Shown here: in pieces, positions 49,619-62,300 of the stretch
Layout of the letters: every line of letters begins with the position of its first letter
How positions within the stretch are numbered: position 1 is the first letter of the stretch
Source: Trichodelitschia bisporula
Lineage: Eukaryota
Assembly (NCBI GenBank): GCA_010356995.1
Contig: ML996702.1
Span: forward strand, 186,001-250,000
Length of the DNA stretch: 64,000 nucleotides
Direction of reading: 5' to 3'
Position numbers and translations under genes: made by a program
Notes under the pieces: generated by a model
What the model saw: only the letters and a program-made list of their open reading frames with translations
What the model was told of the DNA's origin: nothing
The model's database searches: none

Positions 49619-50010
49619 AAATATCGGCAATGAGCCGGATAAAGATTCTGGTGTCTCAGGGGACGGACGTAGTTGTAGTAAAGTCACCCTATTGGGTATG
49701 CTTCTGATGCTAGTGCCGGTGTAGTCGGTTGGACCGGGCCGCGTACCGGATATGTCGGGAAGACACTAAAATGGGGAGAGAGGGCCCCGAAAGATGTCGG
49801 CAAGGGGTCGGATAGAGATTGCAGTGGCACCAGGGACGGATGGTAATTGCAAATAAGTAATTATGCTGCCCCATCATGTATCCTCACGGTTCTCATGTTG
49901 CTTCTGTGAGTGTGGCCAGTTGAACCGGGTCGGATAGCGGATATGTCGGCAGCGAGCCGGATCAAAATTTCGATGCCTCCAGGGACGGATGTAATAGGAA
50001 TGAAGTAAAT
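49619..50010. repeat. Three diverged ~150-175 bp tandem units
   Basis: atRtcggca..cggat..gggacgga blocks with anchors at 49660, 49833 and 49982; accggg..cggatatgtcgg at ~49733 and ~49924. Confidence 0.65.
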
Positions 50011-51273
50011 CTGCTACCCTTGTATGCGTGCTCAGGCTGCGTTTGTTGCTTATCTCTGGAGAAAGTTTCCGGGAGGAAGGGGGTTGTTGCGCTCAGGTGT
50101 GGCTGCATAGCTTCCACGGCTCGGTCCGAATGTGTTCGGCATGGCATAACATGCAGACATGGAGGGATCTTCAGGTCATCCAGGGTTGTAAAGGCTCCAT
50201 AATAATCGGCTTCGTCTCACTTCGCTCTCCACACTGCATCTCCCTACCACCACACTTGGTCCTCACAACCCACCTCCGCATTTTCGTCGGACATTTGGCG
50301 CGGTGACGTCCACCTTAGGAAATCCGGGAAAAACTCTGAGAGCAGCGGGATCATCGCGATGGATGCGGTGGCTCACATGATGCCTTAGTCGTCACGTCGA
50401 GGGAAGTCGTACCGAAATCTTGCGCATCTGGCCGCCATGGCATCGAGATCAAGTCGGATAGAAGTGTCGTCGGCGGAGGCTCGCGGTCGGCACGTGGCTA
50501 ACGCGTCAAAGCGGTAGAGATAGCCGTGCCGGCAGTGCCGGCAACGACGTGGCTGAGGGCTGGGAATGCGAGCTAGAGAATGGCTTTGAGGGAGAGAAGT
50601 TAAGGAGAAATAGCACCAAGCTCCACTCCAATCTGCTTCCGCCTTCATACACCTTGACTCTGACGCCTGCCACCATTCAAAAGGCTTATTGACCTGCTCT
50701 CCTGCATATACTCTTGGAAGGTGAGAGGGTGGTATCGTTGGCCTTGAAGGGGATGGTGTACGGTGAGGAGTCTATTGTGTGTTCGACGACCCTGGTCTTC
50801 CATAGGTGCTGCGAGACGGGTTGGCCGGTGAAGAACACAAATGCCCACGGCGGACCGCCGGAGTACTGTTTTCTACTTCCATTGTTGAATGCTGACGAAC
50901 GCTGCACGGTAAGCAACCGTCACTGAACAAGGATTTATTGATGCTAAAGTTGGTACGGTTGCTATGGCATCGAGCGACTGGCGATGTCGAAGACAGATTT
51001 AAGCTTCAGAATGCGCCAGAACCCGCGGGCCATGCGAAAAACTCGTGACCTCTCTCGTCCGCAAAGAGGCCCAAGCAGGGCGGCCATGATTTTTCCGGGT
51101 AGCCCATGGCTCGTCTAGACCTAAGGGGACTGCATGGCAGAGAACTCAGTTTCCACGTCAGCCCCCGACTGTAGATCTACTCAGCTGAATAGTCCATGCT
51201 CCTCCAGCCCACTCCCGACCGAGCTCCACTCCCGAGCACATAATGTACACTCACCCCCTAACCACGCTCCCAA

Positions 51274-52459
51274 TCACCACAGCATATCCCCCACCGCAAT
51301 CTTCTTCTTCGACACCTTCTTCGCCACCTTAACACCAGGCGTACGCCAGAACAAACTGGGACTCCGCCCCTCTTCCAGCGCATAGCTCAAATACCCGCGG
51401 TGCGCCGGATTACGGTAATACTCCAAGTCCTTACGGCCCGCAGGATCGGGTAGACGGTAGCGGTACCGCGCCGCCACCTCATGAGCCGCAGCCGAAGCTA
51501 CAGCCTCAGCGATCGGCCCGCGGGGCTTCGGCGCAGCTTCGGCCTCGACGGCCTTGGAAGCAGCATCGGCCGCGGCCTCGGCGTCCGCGGGCGGCGCGCT
51601 GAGCCGGCTGATAAACGGGTGCGATTCTCCCTTCAGCACGCGCCGGATCGATGCCTTGGTGTAGTAGCGCGTGGTCACGGAGCCGCCGGCTGCTTCGACG
51701 GCGGCGATAGCGGTGGCCGAGGCGCGGGAGACGACGATGTGGATAGGGATGCGGAGAGCGGTGGCGTCCTGAGGGTGTTAGGGTTAGGGTTAGAAGGGAG
51801 GTGGGGGACGTACGCGCGCGAGTAGTTTGACGCCGTCTTTTATGCCGTGGATGCAGCGTGTCGAGACGAGTTCTTTGAGCGTTATGGGCTTGGCAGGGTT
51901 TAGGCGGCCTTGGTCGATCCAGCTTTGGATGCGGTTGAGGTTTATGGGGGACATGTCGAGGGAGAATCTGGGGGTTAGCTGGGTTCGTGAGATGGGGGTT
52001 CCGTCTGCTGAAGTCGAGTCTGTAGCCGAGTCTGTAGCTATGATCCCTCTCTGCCCACCCACACGCTATTCCTCTCCGCTACAAAAGAAATGTGCCAACT
52101 TACTGATTATCATAGCCCCTCGTCCCCGACACAACAATATCCGGCGTCTGCCCCCCATTGAACCCGAACGGCACCTTGCCGTGCTGCTTCTGACCCTTGT
52201 GTCCACGACCGGATGTCTTACCCTTGCCCGAGGCAGGGCCACGTCCACGCCGTATGCGTTTCGAGTATGCACCTGGTGTGTCCGACAGGGAGGAGAGGAT
52301 GGAGGCTGATCGTGACTGCTGCGGCCGTTGATGGGAATGTGGTGCGGAGGTCGAGGGTGCGAGGAAGATGGGGGCGAGGGCGTGCGAGGTGCCGATATGA
52401 TTTGAGGGAAGAATTTGGGGCCGGAGCGCCCGCAGGAGCAGCGGGAGGCGGGGTGGCAT
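51274..52459 (-). CDS. MRPL10: Mitochondrial large-subunit ribosomal protein uL15m (YmL10)
   Basis: complement(join(51274..51768,51814..51967,52104..52459)). Motifs [72 protein letters not shown]; mitochondrial presequence. Confidence 0.93.
51778..51793. repeat. Short telomere-like tract (TTAGGG)2TTAG inside MRPL10 intron 2
   Basis: ttagggttagggttag read directly; on the sense strand it gives three CTAAC branch-point motifs. Confidence 0.7.
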
Positions 52460-55017
52460 TGTGGCGTGGTGTGTTGTGCGTTGAGAGTGTCAGTGGGGGG
52501 CCGGTGAAGTTGAGGTCCAGATATTTTGGGTCACGTGGGGGAAAAGTTGGCGTTGAGCGTTTTTGGCCTGGATGCCTCATATTGGCTCACATGGTCACAA
52601 CACAATTGAGCGCGATGACAGTATATGTTCATGAAACAATTGTATGAAGGTATACATTTCATCTGCTAGGGCTATAGTAATCTACATCGATGCCAGAACC
52701 ATATTTCTGCAGATTCACCTTCTCGATCGGCAAGGCTGAAGCTTCATGATGCCGAAGTCGGCTGTAGATAGGCCGGGGCTTTACGGCTCGTTTTTTTTAA
52801 AGCCGGTACATTCATACCTGCATGGATCACCTTTTATGGCCTTGGACGTTGTGCAAGGCGTTGTTTCCGCATTCATCCAGATGATCATCGATACCTGCTT
52901 GTTTTGAGCCCAGGCCCTTTGAGCTAATGGGTACTAAACAAGTAGGGCGAATGATGCGAACGGGCTCCACTGGCACAGTCGAAGTATTGGCAGAGATTGC
53001 AACTATACATCCTAATAAAGACACATCAGCTATCGCGTGCTCCAGAATGACAAAACGTGATGACAAGGCTGGTGATATCGATTGATGACTTGAATGGGTT
53101 AAGCCCTGCACCCGAGGCCACGATTGGATATGATCAGCGTCCGGTTGACATCCGGGAATCTTTCCCGCAGTCCGTGGGCAAATCACTGACCATCCCGCTG
53201 GCCGGATGCGAATCTGTCATATATGCGAGAAGACTTCGATGACGTTTCCAGTTGGCCAGCGCTCCCATTGAGAAAGAAAGCTAGTACTCGCAGAAGCCTC
53301 TAGAATTCTGCGCCGCTAGTCTCCGATCAAGCTACCGTGAAGCCGGTTCGGCAGTCATATACGTTGATATGAGCGTCTGGTCAGCCACCGGACCCCATAT
53401 GACCCAAGAATCAAGGAGCGAAGCGTGAAGCTCTAGAAGATACAGTAACTATGACCAGTTAGCATTGAGGACCTTTGAGGACAGGCAGTCGAGATTGCGG
53501 CTCACAGCCCCGCAAATCCGGAACAGTCTGGCCAGCACGTTGTAGGGTTTGTCGACTTTGAAGTGATCTGCGCGCCGAGCCGTCAGGGATTAACGGGAAT
53601 GCCCCAGGCTTTTGAGCCACGATAATGATAAGCTTAAACCCGCTGCAACCCTCTGACTCGTCTTCCGTTGCTCCCTGGCGAGCGCTGTAAGTTGGCTTGG
53701 AGACATTCGCGAGCCAAAGACGCCTTGTTGAGGAACCGAGGAAGAGAACGAAGCGCTCAAGCTGTTAGCCATCGGCCAGCCAGAAAGCCAGGAGCTGAGG
53801 GGCGAGGTTGATGCGAGAAGAAACATTGTCAATGTGCAGCCTCGAAGAAAACAAGCCGTTTCGGGTAAGTTGGATAACCAGAACCTTATTCAAAGGCCAG
53901 ACTCGCATCGGCCTTGGATGTGGGGTCTGGCCCGTGGAGCTTCCACGCGACTACCGTTTGGTTAATCCACATGGCCACGCGAGCACGATCAGGGAGCGAA
54001 GGGTCGAATCCACATCTACCTCCTCCTACGGCCACATGCCCTGCATGGCTCTGAAACGACGGCAAGCTCATCGATCACGTGGCAGCGTTCCCCGATATAA
54101 CCCTCGGGAAGAACTGAGATGCATCATGTTGAGAGAAAAGGATAAATCTTTAGTGGTGATTGCCATTGACTTTCGCGTATGCGGCTTTCGATCAGCGAAG
54201 CACTCAGCTGGCCAATAGCGGTGGGTCGCAATTCGAGGGTACAGCTGGTTTGTCTTCATTAATCCCAAGAACAGGAATTAGCTGTGCTTCAGATGGATAT
54301 TGAAAAGCCTTGCGCTGACGAGCATAGGAGTGCAAACTGCTGGCCTACAGAATGAAATGTCAATAAGCAGATGTGGATGCCAGTAATGGTGGAGCTGTCG
54401 CCAGTGGATAGGCTTGTTGTCGGAGATGGGAGTGTTTGAAGTTGACGTTGGCTTGCCCACACGAACTGACGTGAATGGGCCGACGTTTCGCCGACGGCAT
54501 GCTCCCCTCGTCAGTCAACCACCAACGCACCCGACGCTCCCAAGGCCATGCATGAAGTCACAGTGCTTGTTTGACACAACCACTCCACTCCCCAACTCCA
54601 CATTTGTGGCTACCTCTTACTCGCACACGTATGCCCTAGGCAGAGTGGTATGCGTGCCGGCACGCACGGAAGCCGGTGTGACCACTGCTCCATTACAAGG
54701 GGATCGTCCCCAGCATCATGTCTCATTGGCGATCACTCGCTAACATTGATGGCTATTAGCCTAGATATCTAGAGGCTGGGAAAGCCCATTGTCCGTTAAG
54801 GACCGGCTTTGCGGGTGCTCGCCCTACAAGCGCCGAGCCACCTTATTGTCGGCCGCAATCATGAGGCTTCTCCCATTGTCACAGATTCCGCTATTCACGG
54901 GGCGTCCCGCATGTGAAGGTATGCCGAGAATATATAGGGGATTCCACATCCAACCCACGCATTTTGTTTCCAAACCATTGTTTCCAAACGTCCTGCCGGG
55001 CGTTGCCGATCTACGCC

Positions 55018-56190
55018 ATGGCTCCAAAGCTGACTCTCGCTCTGTGGCTCCCGGTAGCTGCGTTCCAGCTTCCTTTCGTCTGCGGTCGTACATCATTTCA
55101 ACGCGATGCCGTCTCCGCTACCAATGCGCTCCAGCAGTGGTACAACCAGTCTACCGGTTTGTGGCAGACCACGGGATGGTGGAACAGCGCCAACTGCATC
55201 ACGACGCTCGCCGAACTGACTTCCTACGACCGCAAAGTGGAGCGCATCACAAGCCACATCTGGCCCAACACGTTCGAGAAAGCGCAGAACTATAACCTAC
55301 GCCAGACCAAGAGCCCACAGAGCTGCCCGACTACAGTCTGCACTCGGCGCCGGCGCATTCGGAGAGACGTGAAGCGCATAGGCAATTTCTACGAGGAGAC
55401 CAACACCAACCCGGCGGGCTTTCTCAACGGCTTCTACGACGACGAGGGCTGGTGGGGCCTCGCCTGGATCAAGGTCTACGACTTGACCAAGCAGCCGCAG
55501 TACCTGCAAGCGGCGACGGACATCTTCGAAGACATGGTCCGAACGGGCGCGAACGCCACATGCGGCGGCATATGGTGGGACAAAAAGAAGCAACACAACG
55601 TCGCCATCAGCAACGAGCTCTTCCTCCACCTCGCCGCCAGCCTCGCAAACCGCAAACCAAACGGCGATTACTACCTCGCCTGGGCCCAGCGGCAATGGGA
55701 CTGGTTCGGGCAAAGCGGGCTCATCAACTCCGAGAACCTAATCAACGACGGGATTAACATAACGACGTGCAAGAATAACGGGCAAGAAGTCTGGTCCTAC
55801 AACCAAGGCGTCATCCTCGGCGCCCTAGTCGAGCTCCACACCGCCGCGCCCGACGCGCGGCTCCTCACCCGCGCACGCCAAATCGCCACCGCGGCGATGC
55901 GCAAGCTCTCCGACCGCAACGGCATCCTGCACGACCCGCGCGAGCCCAATCTCGGCGGCGACGGGTACCAGTTCAAGGGCGTGTTCATGCGCAATTTGTT
56001 GGCGCTGCAGCGCGCGACGGGAGACGAGGCGATTAAGACGTATCTCGAGCGCAATGCGCAGAGTGTTTGGGATAATGCGCGGAATGGAAGCTTGCTGGGC
56101 CCGGTCTGGAGTGGTCCGTTTTATCCGGCTAATGCGGCGACGCAGAGTTCGGCGCTTGATGCGTTGGTGGGTGCGGCGGGGGTGCAGTAG
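55018..56190 (+). CDS. Secreted glycoside hydrolase family 76 (endo-alpha-1,6-mannanase-like)
   Basis: Intronless; signal peptide MAPKLTLALWLPVAA; motifs LQQWYN..GLW..GWWNSAN, catalytic YDDEGWW, CGGIWW, NAI-like NVAISNELF, INDG, WSYNQGVIL, QFKGVFMR. No obvious GPI tail. Confidence 0.92.
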   Translation: MAPKLTLALWLPVAAFQLPFVCGRTSFQRDAVSATNALQQWYNQSTGLWQTTGWWNSANCITTLAELTSYDRKVERITSHIWPNTFEKAQNYNLRQTKSPQSCPTTVCTRRRRIRRDVKRIGNFYEETNTNPAGFLNGFYDDEGWWGLAWIKVYDLTKQPQYLQAATDIFEDMVRTGANATCGGIWWDKKKQHNVAISNELFLHLAASLANRKPNGDYYLAWAQRQWDWFGQSGLINSENLINDGINITTCKNNGQEVWSYNQGVILGALVELHTAAPDARLLTRARQIATAAMRKLSDRNGILHDPREPNLGGDGYQFKGVFMRNLLALQRATGDEAIKTYLERNAQSVWDNARNGSLLGPVWSGPFYPANAATQSSALDALVGAAGVQ

Positions 56191-56898
56191 TTTGGGTATA
56201 TGGTTGCATTTACGGCGGGCTGGAGTTGGGCCGGTACTGCCCTAGAGGTGATTTTGCGTTGGATGGATGATGGACGGCTGGTATACCCCATGCATGATCA
56301 TGGCTGCGGTGTAAATAGACTCTTGTTTTGCTGTCGGCCACGACAGTTGCATGCAGTTTGCTCTGCCCTTAGCGCAGCCGCGCTTAGGGCCACGATACCC
56401 AAAGAAGAGCTCCTTTTGTCCACGAGAAACAAAACTGGGTTTCAGCTACTACCCTCTGATCGCGCAGTTTTGCTCATCTCCCACCTTACCCATCAAGCCC
56501 ATCCCCTCCGCCCGCCCACAGCCTCGCCTACCCCGCCAAGTTGTCCCTCAGCCAATAACCCCCCCCCCCCGGCCGACCCCGCCTCACGCACCCCGCACTG
56601 GTTTCCCCAGCAAAACCCGTTCGCCAGTATTCCCAGCACCGGTTCCATTCGCCGAAACTTGTAGAAATGTGGGGAGGCACCCACATTTGATCCCCCGCCG
56701 CTCAGCTGATGCGCGGAGACGTCATCCATTAGTTTCTAGCTTACCCCATATTTCCGTGCGCTTGCGAACCGGAGGCCCCACCGGGTGAAAAGGACACAGA
56801 TGGGAAAAGCTGAAATAGCAGGCTGCTTCGCTGGACATCGTGAACGACATATTGTAAGGACAAGTAGGAAATAGTAGGAGGTCATCGCAACCGCAGAT

Positions 56899-58869
56899 AT
56901 GTCGAGTGCGTCCTCATCTCCCTTTCTGTCCTCTGTTCAGATGACCGCTAACTAGGCCAGCAAAGCACTTCATCCCCGACCCCACAGCGCTGGTCAACAC
57001 CGCGCTGCGTTCCCTAACCCTCACCCACCCCGGCCTCTCCCTCGACACCGCCGTCAAAACCGTCTACCGCACCCCGCATCCCTCCAGCCCCTTCACCGCC
57101 CAAGTCTCCCTCGTCTCAGGCGGGGGCTCAGGTCACGAGCCCGCCTTCGCCGGGTACGTCGGGTCCGGCCTGCTGGCCGCCAGCGTAGCCGGGACAATTT
57201 TCGCCAGCCCGAGCGCGGAGCAGATCCGGCGGTGTCTGTTGGCGCGGGTGCCGAAGGAGAAGGGTGTTTGTGTCATCGTTATGAATTATACGGGCGATGT
57301 GTTGAATTTTGGGATGGCGGTGGAGAAGGCGAAGGCGTCTGGGGTGGAGGCCGAGATGGTGATTGTGGGGGATGATGTTGGGGTTGGACGGGAGAGGGGG
57401 GGGAAGGTGGGGAGACGCGGGATTGCGGGGACGGTGCTTGTGTTGAAGGTTGCGGGGGCGTTGGCGGAGAAGGGGTAAGTTGGATTGTCGGTGGGTTGGG
57501 AGTTGCTGACGGGCGTAGGTACTCGCTTAAGGATGTTACCCGGATTGCGCGGCTGGCGGCTGATAATGTGGTGTCCATCGGGGCCTCGCTGGAGCACGTA
57601 CATGTCCCCGGAAGGAGCACAGAGGTCGAAGACGCGCTGGGCGAAGACGAGATCGAAGTGGGCATGGGCATCCACAACGAGCCGGGCTCGGAGCGCATCA
57701 AGACGGATCTTCCGGGGCTGGTGAAGAAGATGCTGCAGCACATGCTGGACCAGTCGGACAGCGACCGGGCGTTTATCAACGTCAGCAAGGCGGATAAGAC
57801 GGTGCTGCTGGTTAACAATCTGGGCGGCGTGAGTGTGCTCGAGATGGGCGGGATTACGGATGAGGTGGTCAGGCAGCTTAAGGGCGAGTATGGCATTGAG
57901 CCGGTGCGCGTGCTGGCGGGCACGTTTATGACTAGCTTGAATGGGCTTGGGTTCAGTATTTCGCTGCTTAAGGTGCAGGATACGGGGCTCGGGAAGGGGT
58001 GCGGCATGCTGGAGCTGTTGGATGCGCCGGCGGAGGCGCCTGGGTGGTCGGCGGCTATTAAGACGGGGACGTGGGATGTTGGCCACAGCCAGGACCCTCC
58101 GGAGGAGCAGGAAAAGGCTGCTGATGAGGAACAGCCGAGCAACCTGAAATGTAAGTGTGGCATTTTGAAGAACGTAACGCGGGCTAATGAGCGTAGTCGA
58201 CCGCGGTTTGGCAAAGTCAGCTTTGACTGCTGGGCTGAACAAGGTGATTGCAGCGGAGCCCGATGTTACGAACTACGACACCATTGTCGGTGATGGCGAC
58301 TGCGGCATTGGCCTTCAGCGCGGGGCCGAAGGTAGCCCTAACCCCGACCCTCAACCCTGGTACTCGCCGCTAACTTCACATCAGCCATTCTCAAGATGCT
58401 AGAAAAGTCCAAGCCAACCGACGACGCAGTAGTCTTCGTCCAGCGCATCGCCCAAGTCGTCGAATTCAGCATGGACGGCACCTCAGGCGCCATCTACGCC
58501 ATCTTCCTGAACGCGCTCGCCCACGCCCTGCGCGAACAATCAGCCCTATCGCCCGCCCAGCTGGACGTTGAGAAGTGGGCCAAGGCGCTGCAGCAATCGA
58601 CCGCGGCATTGGGCCGGTACACGCCGGCCCGCCTGGGCGACCGCACGCTGATTGACGCGCTGCACCCGTTCGTCGGCACCCTGGCGAAGAGCGGCGACGT
58701 GCATCAGGCAGCAGCGGCGGCGGAGGCCGGGGCCCGGGAGACGAAGGGAATGAAGGCCAGCCTGGGGCGGACCGTGTATGTGGGTGGGGAGGACTGGCAA
58801 GGGGTGCCGGATCCGGGGGCGTATGGGCTGGCGCAGTTTTTGCTGGGGCTGAGTGAGGGGTTGCAGTAG
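56899..58869 (+). CDS. DAK1: Dihydroxyacetone (triose) kinase, Dak1+Dak2 domains
   Basis: join(56899..56905,56961..57474,57519..58150,58197..58331,58385..58869). Motifs SGGGSGHEPAF, GTIFASPS, MNYTGDVLNFG, VGRRGIAG, GMGIHNEPG, VGDGDCG, MDGTSGA, GDRTLIDAL, PDPGA. Confidence 0.95.
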
Positions 58870-59390
58870 ATTCTGGAGGAGTTATCTTCGAAATGATGTT
58901 CTGTATTTGGATTCTGCGATGGTGACGGTCTCTGTCGACTCTCTTGGGCTTTCTCTGCTGGGTACAGCACTGAGGAAGATACGAAGCATGTTGTCGCGCA
59001 TCGGAACGGAATAACGTTTCAAAGCACGCTTTCAACGCGGTGGACGCGCCAATACCATGACGCACGGGGCAGGCGGATAGATGATACGTTCGCTGGGCGC
59101 GACGGTGGTCCGTGCCCCCCTGCCCCGTCGCGTCCTGAGTGGATCCGTACTTTCAGGTGGAGTACCCGCCTCGTTGCTATGCCTCGCAACAAAGTATCTT
59201 CAACCTCCCAGCCTAACACTCCTCTCGCCTCCGAACACACTCCGCGCTCCAATTGTGCTCCTATAAAGGCACAAGGCTCTATCCACGAATCGTCGTCTAC
59301 CGGATCTCTCACAGCATTTCTCTCTAGCCTCACCCATCGTCGGCAGCTCGCGTAGCGGGACGCGGGCTGCACCGTACCCTCTCACCCGCC

Positions 59391-62300
59391 ATGTCCTCGC
59401 CATTCGTGTCCGGCGAGACTGGTTCGCCCTACACGCAGCCATGCCCCCACTTAGGAGACAACATGGACCATCATCGTCGAATTATGCGGGGTGGGTCTTC
59501 TGCTGCCTTACATACCCGCGACTCTAACCGTTTTGTCCGCCTGTAGTGAAGGTCCTGTACACGTTCGACGATCACAACAATACCAACTGCCTGGCGCGCC
59601 TCCCCAGTGCCCTCTCTATTCCCGTCCTCCAACTCAATGAGACCACAGAGATTGGCGTGATCGAGCTGAAAACCTGTATCCAGGCTATCATCCAAGCAAG
59701 GTGCGCGACTTCCGTGTTTCCCACTCGAACCACGGAAAGCTGATACCTAGGCAGCCCCGAGCTTATTGCCAAGTTGGAACATGACTACACAGTTTATGCG
59801 TATGACTTCTCCGAGGATGAGACGCCCCTCGTTGGACAAGGCATGCTGTCGCGTGTCCTCGCGTCAGCGTCCCCAACCCCGTTCGCCCCGGCCAGCCAGT
59901 CACAAACCATGATCACAGGACGCGTCTGCCAGAACGTAGTCGGCATCTTCGGCGGTGGCGCCAAGGAGACCCTGGAGGTCAAGCTCCGGCTTGTACCTGT
60001 GCCCTCGGCGTCGCAGAGCGAGTACCTGAAGAACATGGAGGCTTGGCGCAATGCCAACCGGCCGTTGGACAACTTCGACGCGCAGAGCCCATTCCTGCAA
60101 GCTGACTTCTTCGACGCTGGTATTGTTCAGCCAGAGCCGCAGCTCCACAGGGACCAGTTGCACGACTTGTTGCTACCGAATCTCCAGGGTGCGGAGGAGC
60201 ATCCAAACCCCCCTGCCGCCAACACCAGCACGCACAACAGCCGCGTGGCCAGCCCCGCGCTGAGCCAGCACTCGATGGGGTACCATGCCCCGCAGCAGAA
60301 TCTGACTCGGACGTACTCCCAGATGTCCAGTGGACAGCTGAGTGGCTACGAGATGGACAACTCGGGTCAGGACGAAGGGGGGCCTAAGAAGCGCGCTCGT
60401 CTCACTCAGGCAAATGCCCCTGGCCGGTCATCGTTTAGCAACAAGGGTGACTCACTCCGTGCTGTTGCCTGCACGACTGCCTCCATCCGCCACTTGCGTC
60501 CAAACGCCTCGGGAAACGCGTCGGTTATCACGGATCAGGTGCCACGGGTCCCTACCCCTCGGCCTACCGAGAAGCAGTTCACACAGCCTAACTGGCAAGG
60601 TCGTGGACCAATGAAGCGTGAGTCACGAAGAAGCGAGAGCTACAATTCTCCGTACAACAATTTTGATTCGGCATTCTTCTCCATTGAAGACGACGGCCTG
60701 CAAAGTGTCATTGACACTCCGAGCGACCTCCCCTCTTCGCCTCCAGAGTACACCTCGGGTGTTGCTTATTCTCCTTCGAGCCCTGGCTTGCCTGAATATG
60801 GACCACAGACACCTTTGACAACAGACGTAATTGCTGACAACTCTGAAGCCGGACCGCTGGAGTGCCTACCGGAATGGGAGCAGCCGGTCCCAGAATCTAC
60901 CCCTCCGCCACCAGCGACGCAAACCTCTATCCAACCTTCCTGGGAGCAGCCGATTCCAGAACCAACCCCTCAGCCACCAGCACCGCATGCTTCCGTCCAA
61001 CCTTCCATTCCAGCCCCCATCCAGCCAGGAGCACGGAATCAGCACTCGATACCATCGGCTGTTGAGGCCAGGAAGAAGCGTGAGGAGGCCCTTAGGGCGA
61101 GGAATGCTCAAGTTAACTTCATCGAAGTGCGTCCTGGCCCCAAGGACCTGCTTCCTCAGCACTCTTCGCAGCCTGATCCGCTAAGCCAGAGCAAGGCCAG
61201 GTCCGCCGTTATCCCCTCTTCGCCCACCAAGAGACCACATCGCATGTCGAGCACGCCCGCTCCGAGTCACGGTTCTTTCGTTCAGCCTCCACTGCCAGCT
61301 TCGTCAAGTGCCCAACAAGCACCCGTCCCGGCATCAACTTGCCCGGCTCCACTGGCTCCTCCATTTGCGGCTCCTCCCCAAATGCAAGCCCCGGCTGCTC
61401 CGTCCCAACAGACGCAGTCGGTGAACCCAACACCATTCGTCCCCGAGGGTAGCTACAGTTCTGTACCGAACTCACCTGTGCCACAGTCGGCCTCCCTACC
61501 GGCTCCTTCACAGGCCCCGCCTCTCGCACCCGCCCAAGTCCCGCATTCAGACCACGAGCGCGCCTCTTCACAGGGCCCCATGTCCAGCACCATCAGCCTC
61601 CCAAAACGCAACCCCGACTCCCGCCAGGGACAAGGGCGCTGGCCCGTTCCCACCCCCGTCCCCACCCCCGTCCCCACCAAACCCGGCACCTGGAGCCGGA
61701 AGAAGATCGTACCATACAGCGACGGCCCAAACCCCCCGTCATCAGACATCGATTCCGACGGGACCAGCCACAAGCGCCAAGCAACCGGGTCCGGCGCTCT
61801 GCGCAACCGGCAAATCCGAACGCAGCTCGCCAACGCCGTGCTCGAAGGCGCACCGATCAAGTTCTGCGCCAACTGCGGCGAAATCAACACCCCGACGTGG
61901 CGCCCCTACTGGGTGGTAGAGGAGGACGGGTCAGGCACACACCTCGAGATCGGTTCTGCGACGGGGATACACTGGGTCGAGCCGGTGGTTACCGACGAAG
62001 CCGGCACGGTCACGAGACACCGCATCTACAAGCAGATTTCACGGCTGACGCCGGATGAGAAGGAGAGTGGGCGGTTTAGCCAGCACTTGTTGTGTAACCC
62101 GTGTGGTGATCATGTGCGCAAGTATCACTGTGCGCGGCCGAGGGAGCGCTGGGATAAGAGCGAGAAGGAAAAGACGAAGAAGAAGAGGAGTCGCGGGAAG
62201 GCGAAGGTTGATGCTGCGCCGACGTCTGATGTGGCCCCTGACTTCGGTACGCCGTTTTTCACGGATCCGGTCGCGGGGCCGCCGGGCGTGCATTACCCTC

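Noticed and set aside
25500..51270. Starship or other large mobile element spanning the gene-poor interval
   Set aside because: No tyrosine-recombinase captain, transposase, RT or integrase motifs, no long terminal repeats seen, and a core cyclin gene lies inside.
52700..54400. Lower-GC intergenic stretch with several short ORFs
   Set aside because: No frame or splice model yields a recognisable protein.
60871..61006. 66-bp internal duplication (WEQPxPE.TP.PPA) in Ams2
   Set aside because: Ordinary low-complexity expansion in a disordered region.
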